A stretch of 40,344 bases of DNA from a virus (Duplodnaviria; Caudoviricetes), in the IMG/VR virus record IMGVR_UViG_3300026534_000120, positions 1 through 40,344 of that record. One strand, given 5' to 3'. Shown piece after piece: positions 17,297-26,984 of this stretch. A program made the position numbers and the translations under genes. The notes below the pieces were generated by a model. That model was not told the origin of the DNA. It ran no database searches and saw nothing but the letters and a program-made list of their open reading frames with translations. The stretch's first letter is position 1; the number at the start of each line of letters is the position of its first letter.

Positions 17297-17581
17297 ATGT
17301 GGCCGTTCAAGCGGAAGTCGAAGCCGGAGCCGGCTGTGGGGTACACGGGCCAGCCGGTGCACGTGAATCTGTCGCCAGACGACAGCCGGGCCATCGTGCG
17401 TCATCTGTCTCGGATCCGGGCTTGCCGGCAGGCCTGCCGAAAGTCGAGCGCGACGCCGGAGCGGATCGCGCGGCTGCACGAGGAGATCCGCCGGCGCGCG
17501 AATCTGCTGGCGGCAGCCGGGATCGAGACGCCGACCGACGCCGATGCGCTCGAGCAACTCATTCGACGTTACGGGGGATAG
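17297..17581 (+). CDS. Hypothetical protein
   Basis: GGAG RBS; MWPFKRK start; fills the operon gap. Confidence 0.6.
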   Translation: MWPFKRKSKPEPAVGYTGQPVHVNLSPDDSRAIVRHLSRIRACRQACRKSSATPERIARLHEEIRRRANLLAAAGIETPTDADALEQLIRRYGG

Positions 17582-17584
17582 GCG

Positions 17585-18028
17585 ATGCCCTGGAATCTCT
17601 ACGATGCGTTCCGCGAGGGCCAACAGGATGCGCGGCAGATCAATCTGGATGCGGTGAATCTCTACATCGCTATCGTGTCCTCGCTGTATACGCCGGATCA
17701 GAATCTGCACGAGTACTTCAGCGATATTACGAACGAGGTGTCCGGCGGCGGCTACACGGCCGGCGGCAATGCGTGTCTGAACCCCATCGTGTCGATGGAT
17801 ACGGCAGGCCTGGTGACTTTCGATGCGGACGATCCGGCGGTGTGGGCCCAGGATGCGACCGGATTCACCAACGGCCGCCGGTTCATCGCCTATGACCGGA
17901 CCGGGGTGGATGCCACGGCATGGAGACTGATCGCCTTCACCGATCCGGAAGCGGCGGATTTCGGCAACGTGGCCGGGCCGCTGACGTTCCAGTTGTCGGC
18001 GTCCGGCCTGTTCACGAGCCCGAGGTAA
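17585..18028 (+). CDS. Putative virion structural protein
   Basis: NEVSGGGYTAGG...VTFDADD..W pattern, common in phage structural modules. Confidence 0.7.
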   Translation: MPWNLYDAFREGQQDARQINLDAVNLYIAIVSSLYTPDQNLHEYFSDITNEVSGGGYTAGGNACLNPIVSMDTAGLVTFDADDPAVWAQDATGFTNGRRFIAYDRTGVDATAWRLIAFTDPEAADFGNVAGPLTFQLSASGLFTSPR

Positions 18029-18033
18029 GACGC

Positions 18034-18456
18034 ATGGCCTGGTACGCGGTCTATCAGGTGGCCGACGGGACATTGGTCAGCATCGGCAGCCGCGTTCCGG
18101 ATTCGACGCAGCTGTCGAAGAAGGGGCTGGCGAGCAAGGCCTTCGCCTTCGATCCTCGCAACGGGTACACATGGAATCCCGTTACCCTCGCCTTCGATGC
18201 GGTCGCACGACGGCGCGCACCGATCTCGACCCAGGCGTTCTTCGACAGGTTCACCGACGCGGAACTGGGTGCGATCATCGATGCGCGGGACAATGGCGCG
18301 GACCCGCAGGTAAGGCTGATCCTGAAGGCGTTCTTCGAGCGTTTGTGGGCGGCCAACGAGGTCCATCTCGATTCGCAGCGGGTGGCCGATGGACTGGCGT
18401 TTCTCGAAGCGCAGGGGTTGATCGCGGCAGGCCGGGCGGCAGAGATCCGATCGTGA
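18034..18456 (+). CDS. Hypothetical protein (possible fibre-assembly chaperone)
   Basis: ISTQAFFDRFTDAE...GLAFLEAQGLIAAGRAAEI C-terminus; operon packing. Confidence 0.65.
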   Translation: MAWYAVYQVADGTLVSIGSRVPDSTQLSKKGLASKAFAFDPRNGYTWNPVTLAFDAVARRRAPISTQAFFDRFTDAELGAIIDARDNGADPQVRLILKAFFERLWAANEVHLDSQRVADGLAFLEAQGLIAAGRAAEIRS

Positions 18457-19280
18457 GTCGTCTCGATCTCCAGGCGCGTATCGTCAACCACGGCAATTAC
18501 GGCCTCGACTACGCAACGAGCCTCGGAACGGTCGTCAGTGGCGCTTCCGGCGTTTGGGGAAACTGGGTGGAGATCATTCCCGCGCTGCCCGCGACTGTGA
18601 ACGGGTTCTTCGTCATTTGCGGTCCGCAGTTTCAAAACCCGGCCTACGGTGGTTTTCTGCGGATCGGCGCCGGCGCGACCGGGTCAGAGCGGCAAATCTC
18701 CAGGGAGTTTTTGATCACCGCAGACGCTTCGGGCAAGGAGGTGCAGTTCGTAAAGGCGCACGCGAACGCGGGCGAGCGGATTTCCGTCAGTCTCGTCACC
18801 GCGCCCAACACGTATCTGTCTCTCATTCCGGTGTTCGTGCAAGGGGCGCCGCTTGCGGAGATCGTCCATTCCTCGATGGCGGAATTGGGCGGGGTCGGGT
18901 CGGATACGGCGATCGCATTCCCTTATCCGACCGCAGACAACGCGTCGACGGCGTGGACGGAAATCTGCGCCGCCTGCCCAGCCGAGGTTGATTTGGCTCT
19001 CGTGGGGCTCGCCAACGTAGCAGGAGACAGAACCGGTGGCGAAGGTGACGAGAGCATCATCGTCGAGCTGGGCGTGGGGGCGGCCGGGAGCGAGACGAGG
19101 GTGTCGGCTTTTCATACGCGCATACAGAGCTGGTCGGATTCCTTCAACCCGTCCATGTTCGAGATCCCGGTGGCGTTTTCGAAAGGAGACAGGGTTTCCG
19201 TGCGTTGGCAATCGGATGCGGCCACGCTGCACACGCCATGGACTCTGGGTATGCGGTACACGTTCAAGAAGGTGCGGTAA
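18453..19280 (+). CDS. Virion protein with two tandem homologous beta domains
   Basis: GTGA overlap; W.EI...GAG..GSE...G.R.SV occurs twice. Confidence 0.7.
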   Translation: MSRLDLQARIVNHGNYGLDYATSLGTVVSGASGVWGNWVEIIPALPATVNGFFVICGPQFQNPAYGGFLRIGAGATGSERQISREFLITADASGKEVQFVKAHANAGERISVSLVTAPNTYLSLIPVFVQGAPLAEIVHSSMAELGGVGSDTAIAFPYPTADNASTAWTEICAACPAEVDLALVGLANVAGDRTGGEGDESIIVELGVGAAGSETRVSAFHTRIQSWSDSFNPSMFEIPVAFSKGDRVSVRWQSDAATLHTPWTLGMRYTFKKVR

Positions 19281-19627
19281 TGGCAGTCATCGCAAGCGGC
19301 ACGATTACGCCGGTCGCCATCGGGACCGAGGAGTTGGTGACGAGCCAGACGGCGGCGGGATACTACCTGGCGTCGTTCAATCTGGCGAACATGGCTGATG
19401 GAGACGAGGTCGAGTTCACGATTCGGATGAAGGTGTTACCGACCGAGACGCTGGCCGTCGGTGCCAGTGCCGGCATCGTCTACCGACTGCCGGTTACCTA
19501 CCAGGATGCGCTGGCGAATCCGGTGATCCTGCTGCCGCCGTTGCATTCGGAGCATGAGTTCATGCTCGCCATCAACCAGACGGCGGGGGTCGCGAAGGCG
19601 TTCGCCTGGTCGGTCGACAGCCCATGA
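19280..19627 (+). CDS. Hypothetical virion protein
   Basis: TAATG overlap. Confidence 0.7.
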   Translation: MAVIASGTITPVAIGTEELVTSQTAAGYYLASFNLANMADGDEVEFTIRMKVLPTETLAVGASAGIVYRLPVTYQDALANPVILLPPLHSEHEFMLAINQTAGVAKAFAWSVDSP

Positions 19628-20136
19628 CCTTCTACTGGTTTTCGAGCGCCGCCGCCCAGTCCGTGCTTGTTGGCGGCGGTGCCGTCACGATTTCGGCGTC
19701 GCCGGCGACGTTCGCGCATGCCGGACAGGCGACTTCGCTGAGCGCCGCGACGATTATCCAGGCAGCGGGTGCCACAGTGTCGTTCCTCGGGCAGGGGTAT
19801 TCGCTCACGCAGGGGGCGCTGATCGTGGCGCCCGCTGCAGTGCTGTCGCAGGTCGGGCGGGTGTATGCGGTCAGCGCCGCGACGCTGATCGTGGCAGCAA
19901 GCGGAACGCTGTCCTGGCTCGGGCAGGCCTACCAGGTAGCTGCTGAAACGCGCCTGCTGGCCGCCACGGCGACGCTGCGTCTGCTTGGGCAGGCGATGTC
20001 GATCATCCGAGAAACCGTCACGACCGCCACCACGGCCGCAATGCGGTTTTTCGGGCAGACGGCGCAGTTGCCAGGCACGGCGCAGGTCGTGCGCGGCACG
20101 CGCAGGATGATGTTGGCCGGGTTCTTCCGGCGATAG
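19624..20136 (+). CDS. Protein with six ~22-aa repeats ending in GQ/GR
   Basis: Periodic AGQ, LGQ, VGR, LGQ, LGQ, FGQ. Confidence 0.7.
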   Translation: MTFYWFSSAAAQSVLVGGGAVTISASPATFAHAGQATSLSAATIIQAAGATVSFLGQGYSLTQGALIVAPAAVLSQVGRVYAVSAATLIVAASGTLSWLGQAYQVAAETRLLAATATLRLLGQAMSIIRETVTTATTAAMRFFGQTAQLPGTAQVVRGTRRMMLAGFFRR

Positions 20137-20157
20137 TTGAATCTACAGGAGATCCCC

Positions 20158-21225
20158 ATGAATACAAAAGACGAAGGCGGGCAGAATCCGCAGCCTGCGC
20201 CCGGGAACGCGCCGGAGGCAGAGAACGACGACGGCGTTGGCGGGACGGATGGCGAAGGCGGGAACGAGCCGACCAGCCTGCTCGATGCGCTGACCGAGGA
20301 GCTGGGCGGGGAGGATGACGACGCGGCAGGCGAGCCGGTTTCCCGGGAAACGGAGGGCGACGGTTCGGCAGACGATGAAGAGGGCGATGACGATGATGAA
20401 CAGGAAACCGAAGAAGCCGGCGAAGGGGCGCAGGAAGAAGCGCCGGTAACGGACGAGGAGGACCTCTACGCGCCCCTGCCCGAGGATGTGAAGGAGAAGA
20501 CCCGGGAGCGCTTCGAGAAGCTGGTGGAGTCGCACAAGGCGGTGACGCGGCAGCTGGAGACCTTCCGCGAGGAGAACGAGGGGTTCCGGGAGGTCATCCG
20601 CTATTCGCAGGCCACCCCCGAGGAGTTCAACCAGCTCGTCGAGTATTCCCATCTGGTCAAGAGCGGCGATCCGGAGAACCTGAAGGCCGCGCTGAAGATC
20701 CTCGACGAGCAGCGGGCGGCCATCGCGCGCCTGGTCAACGAGCCGGTGGCCGGCGTCGACCAGCTCGCCGAGTTTCCCGATCTGCGCGAACGGGTGGAGC
20801 GCATGGAGCTGGGCGAACAGGATGCGATCGAGATCGCGGCGCTGCGCCGCCGGGAGGCGGCCATCCAGGCCCAGCAGCAGGCGGCCGCGCAGCAGCGGCA
20901 GCAGGCGGAGTCGCTCCAGCAGCAGGCGGCCGCCGCGCAGCAGGAAATCGTGGCCCTCGCCAGCCAGTGGCAGGCCAACGACATCGACTATCCGAAGAAG
21001 CACGAGCGGCTGATGGCCAAGGCGCAGGAGATCGCCGCTACCTATCCGCCGCATCTGTGGAAGCAGGCGCTGGCGGATTACTACGACGCCATGCAGGTGG
21101 CCGCGCCGCCGGCGCCACCGCCGCAGGAGAATCCGCCGCAACCGCTCCGGCCCCGACCGGGCGGGGGTGGCAAACCGGTTCCGCAGAGCATGTTGCAGGC
21201 TGTGGAACAGGCGCTGGGCGACTGA
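20158..21225 (+). CDS. Capsid scaffolding protein
   Basis: Acidic disordered N-terminus, coiled coil, Pro-rich C-terminus; directly before the major capsid gene. Confidence 0.75.
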   Translation: MNTKDEGGQNPQPAPGNAPEAENDDGVGGTDGEGGNEPTSLLDALTEELGGEDDDAAGEPVSRETEGDGSADDEEGDDDDEQETEEAGEGAQEEAPVTDEEDLYAPLPEDVKEKTRERFEKLVESHKAVTRQLETFREENEGFREVIRYSQATPEEFNQLVEYSHLVKSGDPENLKAALKILDEQRAAIARLVNEPVAGVDQLAEFPDLRERVERMELGEQDAIEIAALRRREAAIQAQQQAAAQQRQQAESLQQQAAAAQQEIVALASQWQANDIDYPKKHERLMAKAQEIAATYPPHLWKQALADYYDAMQVAAPPAPPPQENPPQPLRPRPGGGGKPVPQSMLQAVEQALGD

Positions 21226-21354
21226 TCGCCCGGCATCAGCACTAGCCGTATCGCCGGAGTCGCGCCCGGCAGGACAGTATCGAGGCCTCGTCTCCCTCAA
21301 GTGCTGGGAAAAACATCGCGTTTCGTGTTCAACCCACACTGAAGGAGTATCGCC

Positions 21355-22425
21355 ATGCCTTTCACCGCAGAAGAGATCGCGGCCGCCGGCAAGATCAGTC
21401 TGGATTATTACCAGAAGAACAAGCCGGTCGACCAGGTCAACACCGAGCGTCCGCTGCTGAAGACCCTCAAGGCCAAGCAGAAGACCGCGCCGGGCAACAA
21501 GCAGTTCATCGTGGAGCAGCTGCGCAAGTCCAACGGCTCCAATTTCCAGTGGTTCAACGGCTCGGAAGTCGTCACCTACAACAAGCGGCGCAACATCGAG
21601 CAGGCGCAGTACGCCTGGCGCTCCGCCCACGACGGCTTCGCGCTGGACGAGGACCGGCTGATCCAGAACGGGATCACCATCGACGAGTCCGGCAAGGGCA
21701 AGAACCACACCCAGGCCGAGCGGGTCCAGCTCACCAATCTGCTGGAAGAGGAGATCGAGGCGCTGGATCTGGGCTTTGAGGAGAAGTTCGATCAGGCCCT
21801 GCACCTGGATGGCACCCAGGATGCCGACGCCGTCATCGGCCTCGACGCCCTCGTTTCGCTGACCCCGGCCACCGGCACCGTCGGCGGCATCGATGCGGCC
21901 GCCAACGCCTTCTGGCGCAACCACGCCGCCACCGGCCTCACCGTGGCCACCACCACCGGCAACATCCTCACCCAGATGGAGCTGGCCTGGCGGGCCTGCA
22001 TCCGCAACGGCGGCGTGCCGGATTTCATTCTGGTGGGTTCCGATTTCCTCGACGGGTACCGGAACTTCATGATGAACACCTACGGAAGGGTGAACTACAC
22101 GCCCACCGGCGCCAAGAACATCGACGGCGGGTCCGGGCACAAGGAAGGCGTGAGCACCGGCATCTACTTCAACGGGGTGGAGCTGGTCTGGGACCCGGTG
22201 TTCAGCGAGTTGGACACGCTGTATGCGCCGGCCACGCCCTGGGAGAAGCGCTGCTACTTCATCAACACCCGCCACATGCGGTTGCGGCCCATCGACGGCC
22301 AGGACATGGTGACCCGCAAGCCGCCCCGGGCCTATGACAAGTACGAGTACTACTGGGGCCTGACCTGGCGCGGCGCCGTGTGCTGCAACCGCCGCAACGC
22401 CCACGCCGTGCTGGCCATCGCCTGA
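21355..22425 (+). CDS. Major capsid protein
   Basis: 356 aa, very strong codon bias, AAGGAG RBS; GLDALV...GTVGGID....FWRN, YFINT..M.L patterns. Confidence 0.9.
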   Translation: MPFTAEEIAAAGKISLDYYQKNKPVDQVNTERPLLKTLKAKQKTAPGNKQFIVEQLRKSNGSNFQWFNGSEVVTYNKRRNIEQAQYAWRSAHDGFALDEDRLIQNGITIDESGKGKNHTQAERVQLTNLLEEEIEALDLGFEEKFDQALHLDGTQDADAVIGLDALVSLTPATGTVGGIDAAANAFWRNHAATGLTVATTTGNILTQMELAWRACIRNGGVPDFILVGSDFLDGYRNFMMNTYGRVNYTPTGAKNIDGGSGHKEGVSTGIYFNGVELVWDPVFSELDTLYAPATPWEKRCYFINTRHMRLRPIDGQDMVTRKPPRAYDKYEYYWGLTWRGAVCCNRRNAHAVLAIA

Positions 22426-22514
22426 CGCATGGGGGCCACGCCGGTCGTGTGGGCCCGTGCGGCCGGCGTGGTACGTCAACGGGCCACCTTTCCCCAACGC
22501 ACGAGGAGAATGAC

Positions 22515-23090
22515 ATGAGCGAGATTCACGCGAAGCGCGTGCACGTGGTGGTGGACCGCGGGCCGATGGAGAAGATCCCGACCACGATCTATGCGCACGA
22601 GGTGCCCTGCCTGGAGATCCAGCATGGCGAGGGCTCGGTGCATGTGCCTGAGCAACTGCCAGACGGGATGGACTACGCCGAGAACGGGGCGGTGGTGACG
22701 CTGGATCTGGACGAGGAGTGGGCGCGCCTGATCGGCAAGTACGGTCGCCACCCGGACATGAACGTGTCGGTGTGCGAGTACGTGTTCCAGGGGCAGAAGG
22801 CGAACCTGGCCAGGGCCTGCGCCGAGAGCGCGACGCGGGACGAGACGCGCGGCACCGCCGGCGTCGATGCCGACGGCGACGGCAACATGGCCAAGGCGGA
22901 GATCCAGGCGGCCCTGGCCGAGATGGCGATCCCGTTCCACAAGAACGCCACCAAGGCGGTGCTGCTGGAGACGCTGCGCGACGGCCTGAGCCAGATCCTC
23001 GACGAGGCCGGCGTGGACCATGACGTGGACGCGCCGGTGGAGGTGCTCTACCGGCAGGCCCGGGATCTGATGACCGAGGGTAGCGACTGA
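22515..23090 (+). CDS. Phage protein with DxDxDG loop and HeH/LEM-like C-terminal repeats
   Basis: GAGGAG RBS; DADGDGN; KAEIQAALAEMAIPFHKNATKAVLLE. Confidence 0.7.
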   Translation: MSEIHAKRVHVVVDRGPMEKIPTTIYAHEVPCLEIQHGEGSVHVPEQLPDGMDYAENGAVVTLDLDEEWARLIGKYGRHPDMNVSVCEYVFQGQKANLARACAESATRDETRGTAGVDADGDGNMAKAEIQAALAEMAIPFHKNATKAVLLETLRDGLSQILDEAGVDHDVDAPVEVLYRQARDLMTEGSD

Positions 23091-23752
23091 TGGCGTTGCC
23101 CGGGAAACCGACCCTGGGCGAGTTGCGGGCCGAGGTGCTGGCGCGCCTCGGCTTCGCGGCCCAGGGCGCCGCGGCCGGGAATCTGATCACGACGGTCGAT
23201 TCCTATCTGAAGCGGGCGCAGGACTATCTGTACTGGAAGTACGATTTCCGCGAGCTGCGGCGGGTGCGGGACATCACGGTCAACCCCGGGCAAACCCTGT
23301 ACGACTGGCCGGACGACATGGAGCCGCGGCGCCTGGTGTCGGTGCAGGTGCTGGATCACGGGATCTGGGTGCCGCTGGAGGAGGGCATCGAGTATTTCCA
23401 CGATACGGTCGCTGACACGCGCTTCCATCCCCGGCGGTTCGACCGGCGCGACCAGCTCGAGATCTGGCCGCAGCCGGATGCGAGCTACACGCTGCGCGTC
23501 GAGTATTACCGGCGACTGGGGCGGTTCGCCCAGGACGGCGACCGCTGCACCATCGACGATGCGCTGCTGTTCAACTACGCCCTGGCCAAGGCCAAGCGGC
23601 ATTACAACCAGCCCGACGCGCAGGACTACTTCGACGAGGTGGCCGATCTGCTGCGTCGGCTGAAGAGCGGGGAGCACGGCCAGCGCCGCTACGTGGTCGG
23701 CGACAAGCCGGGAACGCCGATGCCGCGGCCGAAGGTGATCGACTACCCATGA
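23090..23752 (+). CDS. Head-tail adaptor (tail tubular protein A-like)
   Basis: TLGELRAEVLARLG...LEIWPQPDASYTLRVEY; position. Confidence 0.75.
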   Translation: MALPGKPTLGELRAEVLARLGFAAQGAAAGNLITTVDSYLKRAQDYLYWKYDFRELRRVRDITVNPGQTLYDWPDDMEPRRLVSVQVLDHGIWVPLEEGIEYFHDTVADTRFHPRRFDRRDQLEIWPQPDASYTLRVEYYRRLGRFAQDGDRCTIDDALLFNYALAKAKRHYNQPDAQDYFDEVADLLRRLKSGEHGQRRYVVGDKPGTPMPRPKVIDYP

Positions 23753-25137
23753 CCCGCGCGATCACCTTCGACCGCTTCGAGGTGGGCCTCGATCTGCGCA
23801 AGGGGCCGAGCGTCTCCGACGCGAACCGCCTGCGGCAGTTGAAGAACGCCTACGTGACCACCGGCAAGGTGGTGCGCAAGCGCCCGGGCCTGCGCAAGGT
23901 GGCGACGCTGGAGGCCGGCACGAAAGGCCTGGTGGCGGGACTGGGCAAGCTGCACACCTTCTACGAGTCCGGGAACATCACGCACGCCGATCCGCTGTTC
24001 CAGGCCAACCCGGTGGCGCATCCCGACACGTCGCAACCGGTGGTGCGGGTGCACAAGGGCGACGTGTTCGAGGGGTTTCTGTACGTGTCGGTGGAATACG
24101 CCGACGGGAGCATCTGGCATCACTATCTGGATGGCGCGCTGCCGTCGCACATCGCGGACGTCAACTGTCCGCAGACGGCTTCCTGGATCAAGATGTCTTC
24201 CAAGATCTGGGCGGTGGACGGCGACGTGGTGCGCTTTTCCGCCACCAGTCTGCCGCGCGACTGGACGACGGCCGAGGATGCCGGTTTCCTGCCCACGGGC
24301 CTGCAGCAGGCCGGCGCCCTCGAGGCCCTGGCCCTCGGCCAGCAGGAGCGGGACCTGGTGGTGTACTTCGCCGACAGCGCGCAGATCTGGGTGCCGGATC
24401 CGGACCCGGCCCTGCACGTGTTCAAGAAGCCGATCAACGGTGTCGGCACGCGCTGGCCGCGCAGCGTGAACAACGTCTCCGGCGACAGCTTCTTCCTGTC
24501 GGATTACGGGTTCCGCTCCATCAGCATGCGCGGGGCCACCGACAACCTGACCGACGTGGACGTGGGCAGTCCGATCGATTCGCTGGTGACGCCGCTGCTG
24601 ACGAGCGGGATCGATCCGGTGTCGGCCTATTACGCCGGCGGCGGGCAGTACTGGTGCGCCATCGGCGGGACGGTGTTCACCTACACCTTCTCCCGGACCA
24701 TGAAGATCAGCGCCTGGGCGCAATACGACCTCGGGGTGCCCATCGACGACATGGCCGAGCTGGCCGGCAAGCTCTATGTCCGCTCGGCGGACGAGGTCTA
24801 CCAGGTGGACGAGTCGGTGCATACCGACGACGGCGCCATGTACGAGATGGTGATGGAGATGCCGTTCCTGGACTTCAAGCTGCCGGGCGTGATGAAGCGG
24901 ATCGTCGGGGTCGATGCGGTGATTCAGGGCGAGGCCGATTTGCGGCTGCGGTGGGATCCGCGGGATACGAGCCGGATCACGGAGCCGGTGCCGCTCGGCG
25001 GCGATACCCGTCCGGGGGCCATGACGCCCGTCGAGGTGACGGCCACGTCGGTGGCGCCGGTGATCACCTCGACCACCGATCAGCCGGTGCAGATCGATGC
25101 GCTCACGTTCTACTACGACGCCTTGGGGGTGATCTGA
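23749..25137 (+). CDS. Tail nozzle (tail tubular protein B / DNA stabilisation protein-like)
   Basis: LKNAYVT.G.VVRKRPGL N-terminus; beta-propeller-like composition; position. Confidence 0.75.
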   Translation: MTRAITFDRFEVGLDLRKGPSVSDANRLRQLKNAYVTTGKVVRKRPGLRKVATLEAGTKGLVAGLGKLHTFYESGNITHADPLFQANPVAHPDTSQPVVRVHKGDVFEGFLYVSVEYADGSIWHHYLDGALPSHIADVNCPQTASWIKMSSKIWAVDGDVVRFSATSLPRDWTTAEDAGFLPTGLQQAGALEALALGQQERDLVVYFADSAQIWVPDPDPALHVFKKPINGVGTRWPRSVNNVSGDSFFLSDYGFRSISMRGATDNLTDVDVGSPIDSLVTPLLTSGIDPVSAYYAGGGQYWCAIGGTVFTYTFSRTMKISAWAQYDLGVPIDDMAELAGKLYVRSADEVYQVDESVHTDDGAMYEMVMEMPFLDFKLPGVMKRIVGVDAVIQGEADLRLRWDPRDTSRITEPVPLGGDTRPGAMTPVEVTATSVAPVITSTTDQPVQIDALTFYYDALGVI

Positions 25138-25328
25138 TGTGGGATGTCCACGTGTACCAGATCTGTTTGCTCGATCCCGTGCCGCGGCGGGAGCGTGTGG
25201 AGATCCGCACCTTCCGCCGGCGATGGCAGGCGCTGGCCTACGCCTGGTGGGTGAGGCTGCCTTTCGGGCTGACGCTGTTCGTGCAGGCAGGAGAGGTGCA
25301 TGAGCACCCGGCTGACGACGCTGCTTGA
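25137..25328 (+). CDS. 63-aa hypothetical protein
   Basis: TGATG overlap with the upstream gene. Confidence 0.4.
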   Translation: MWDVHVYQICLLDPVPRRERVEIRTFRRRWQALAYAWWVRLPFGLTLFVQAGEVHEHPADDAA

Positions 25329-25767
25329 CGCGGCGGCCGCGACCGGGCCGGGCACCGCGCTGGATCTCTCCGCGGAGCCTCGCTACCAGGGCGGCGCCCA
25401 CAGCTTCGAGGTGAGCGGCACGTTCGTGGGCAGCGTGGCCATTGAGGCCTCGGTGGATGGCGGCACGGTCTGGCATCCGCTCGGGACGTTCACCGACGGC
25501 GGCGGCCTGCTGAACGCCGGTGGCGCATACACGCAACTGCGCGGCAACGTGACGGCCTACACCAGCGGAGCGATCACCCTGACGGTGCGGTACGGGCTGC
25601 TGCAGGACCTGAAGGCCGATCTCGACACGCTGCTCGGCCGCCTGACGCAGCCCCGCGCCGGCTATCTCGACAACCTGGTGCGGCTCGACACGAAGGTCTC
25701 CGGCGTGTCGGCCAAGGCCAACATCGACAATCTGATCAAGCAACTGCGGGCGCAGGTGCCGGTGTGA
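25300..25767 (+). CDS. Putative virion protein (SxDGGxxW motif)
   Basis: GAGG RBS, codon bias. Confidence 0.7.
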   Translation: MSTRLTTLLDAAAATGPGTALDLSAEPRYQGGAHSFEVSGTFVGSVAIEASVDGGTVWHPLGTFTDGGGLLNAGGAYTQLRGNVTAYTSGAITLTVRYGLLQDLKADLDTLLGRLTQPRAGYLDNLVRLDTKVSGVSAKANIDNLIKQLRAQVPV

Positions 25768-26225
25768 TCGCGCCGCTGACCATCGACCAGGCGCTGTACG
25801 TTGCGCGGCGCATGCGCGAGGTCGATTTCGCGGAGGTGATGGCGACCCGCTGGGACGACGATCCGGACCGGTTCGCCGTCGATTCGTTCCGGTTGCCCGG
25901 CGTGGCTTGGGCCGCCACGACCGCGGTCGGGGAGCCGGCGGCCATCGGCGGCGTGGCGCTGCACACGCCGGGCGTCGGTACGGCCTGGCTCGTGACCACC
26001 GAGGCGTTTCCGCAGGTGGCGCTGTCGGTCACGCGGCACGTGCGGCAGGTCGTCGACAGGCTGCTCGCCGGGGAGCTGCGCCGGATCCACGCCTGGTCGG
26101 CGGCCTTTCACGTGGAGGCGCACCGTTGGATGGAGCGGGTCGGGATGCGCCGCGAGGCGGTGCTGCGGGCCCTGGGCAAGGATGGCGAGGATTTCTTCAT
26201 GTACGCGATCACGCGGGAGGAGTGA
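25764..26225 (+). CDS. GNAT-fold protein (T7 gp13-like position)
   Basis: MREVDFAEV...GTAWLV...AHRWMERVGMRREAVLRALGKDGEDF. Confidence 0.7.
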   Translation: MIAPLTIDQALYVARRMREVDFAEVMATRWDDDPDRFAVDSFRLPGVAWAATTAVGEPAAIGGVALHTPGVGTAWLVTTEAFPQVALSVTRHVRQVVDRLLAGELRRIHAWSAAFHVEAHRWMERVGMRREAVLRALGKDGEDFFMYAITREE

Positions 26226-26228
26226 GTC

Positions 26229-26984
26229 ATGTGTGGAGGCGGAGGCGGCGACGGCGGCGCGGCGGCCCGCGAGGCGGAGCGGCAGCGCAAGCAGAACGAG
26301 GCCATCGCGCGCGTCAACCGGTTGTTCGGGGTGTACACGGAAACGCCCAAACCGCGCGAGGAGGATTTCTACTATACCGACAATACCGGCGATGGCGGCA
26401 GGGTCTTCGACAAGGCGGCCTACGACCGCGCCCTGCAGGCGTGGGAGGCCGAGAACGCGCGGTTGCGGGCCGCGGCGGACGAGAACGCCCAGGCGCGCAC
26501 GCAGCTCTACGACCGGACCCGGCAGGACGTGCGCGACTACTACATGAACGATTTGAACCGCCAACGGCAGGACACGGAACGCCAGGCCCGCTTCGGCCTG
26601 GCACGGCGGGGCGTGATCGGCGGCTCTTCCGAGCTGGATGTGGGAGACAACATCCTCGAGCAGTACAACCGCGGGGTGCTCGACATCGGCAACCGGGCCG
26701 ACGCGGCCGCCACGCGCCTGCGCACGGCGGACGAGCAGGCGCGACTGGATCTGATTTCCCGGATCCGTTCCGGCATGTCCGCCGGCAACGCGGTGCAAAG
26801 CGCCACGACCACGCTGCAGAACAATCTCGAGGCGGCCCGCAGCAACGCGATGGCCGATGCCCTGGGGCAGGTGTTCTCGGACTACGGCTATTACGTGACC
26901 GAGCAGGCCAGGAACCGTGGTTACCGCCGTGGCAGAGGCGGCACCTTCTACGCCAACCCGCGCAGCTACTACGGGAGGACATGA
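26229..26984 (+). CDS. Internal virion (ejection) protein
   Basis: MCGGGGG start; helical; RFGLARRGVIGGS. Confidence 0.7.
   Translation: MCGGGGGDGGAAAREAERQRKQNEAIARVNRLFGVYTETPKPREEDFYYTDNTGDGGRVFDKAAYDRALQAWEAENARLRAAADENAQARTQLYDRTRQDVRDYYMNDLNRQRQDTERQARFGLARRGVIGGSSELDVGDNILEQYNRGVLDIGNRADAAATRLRTADEQARLDLISRIRSGMSAGNAVQSATTTLQNNLEAARSNAMADALGQVFSDYGYYVTEQARNRGYRRGRGGTFYANPRSYYGRT

Noticed and set aside
22380-22515. Programmed -1 frameshift fusing the capsid to the next ORF
   Set aside because: The -1 frame is open, but there is no slippery heptamer near the capsid 3' end and the downstream gene has its own RBS
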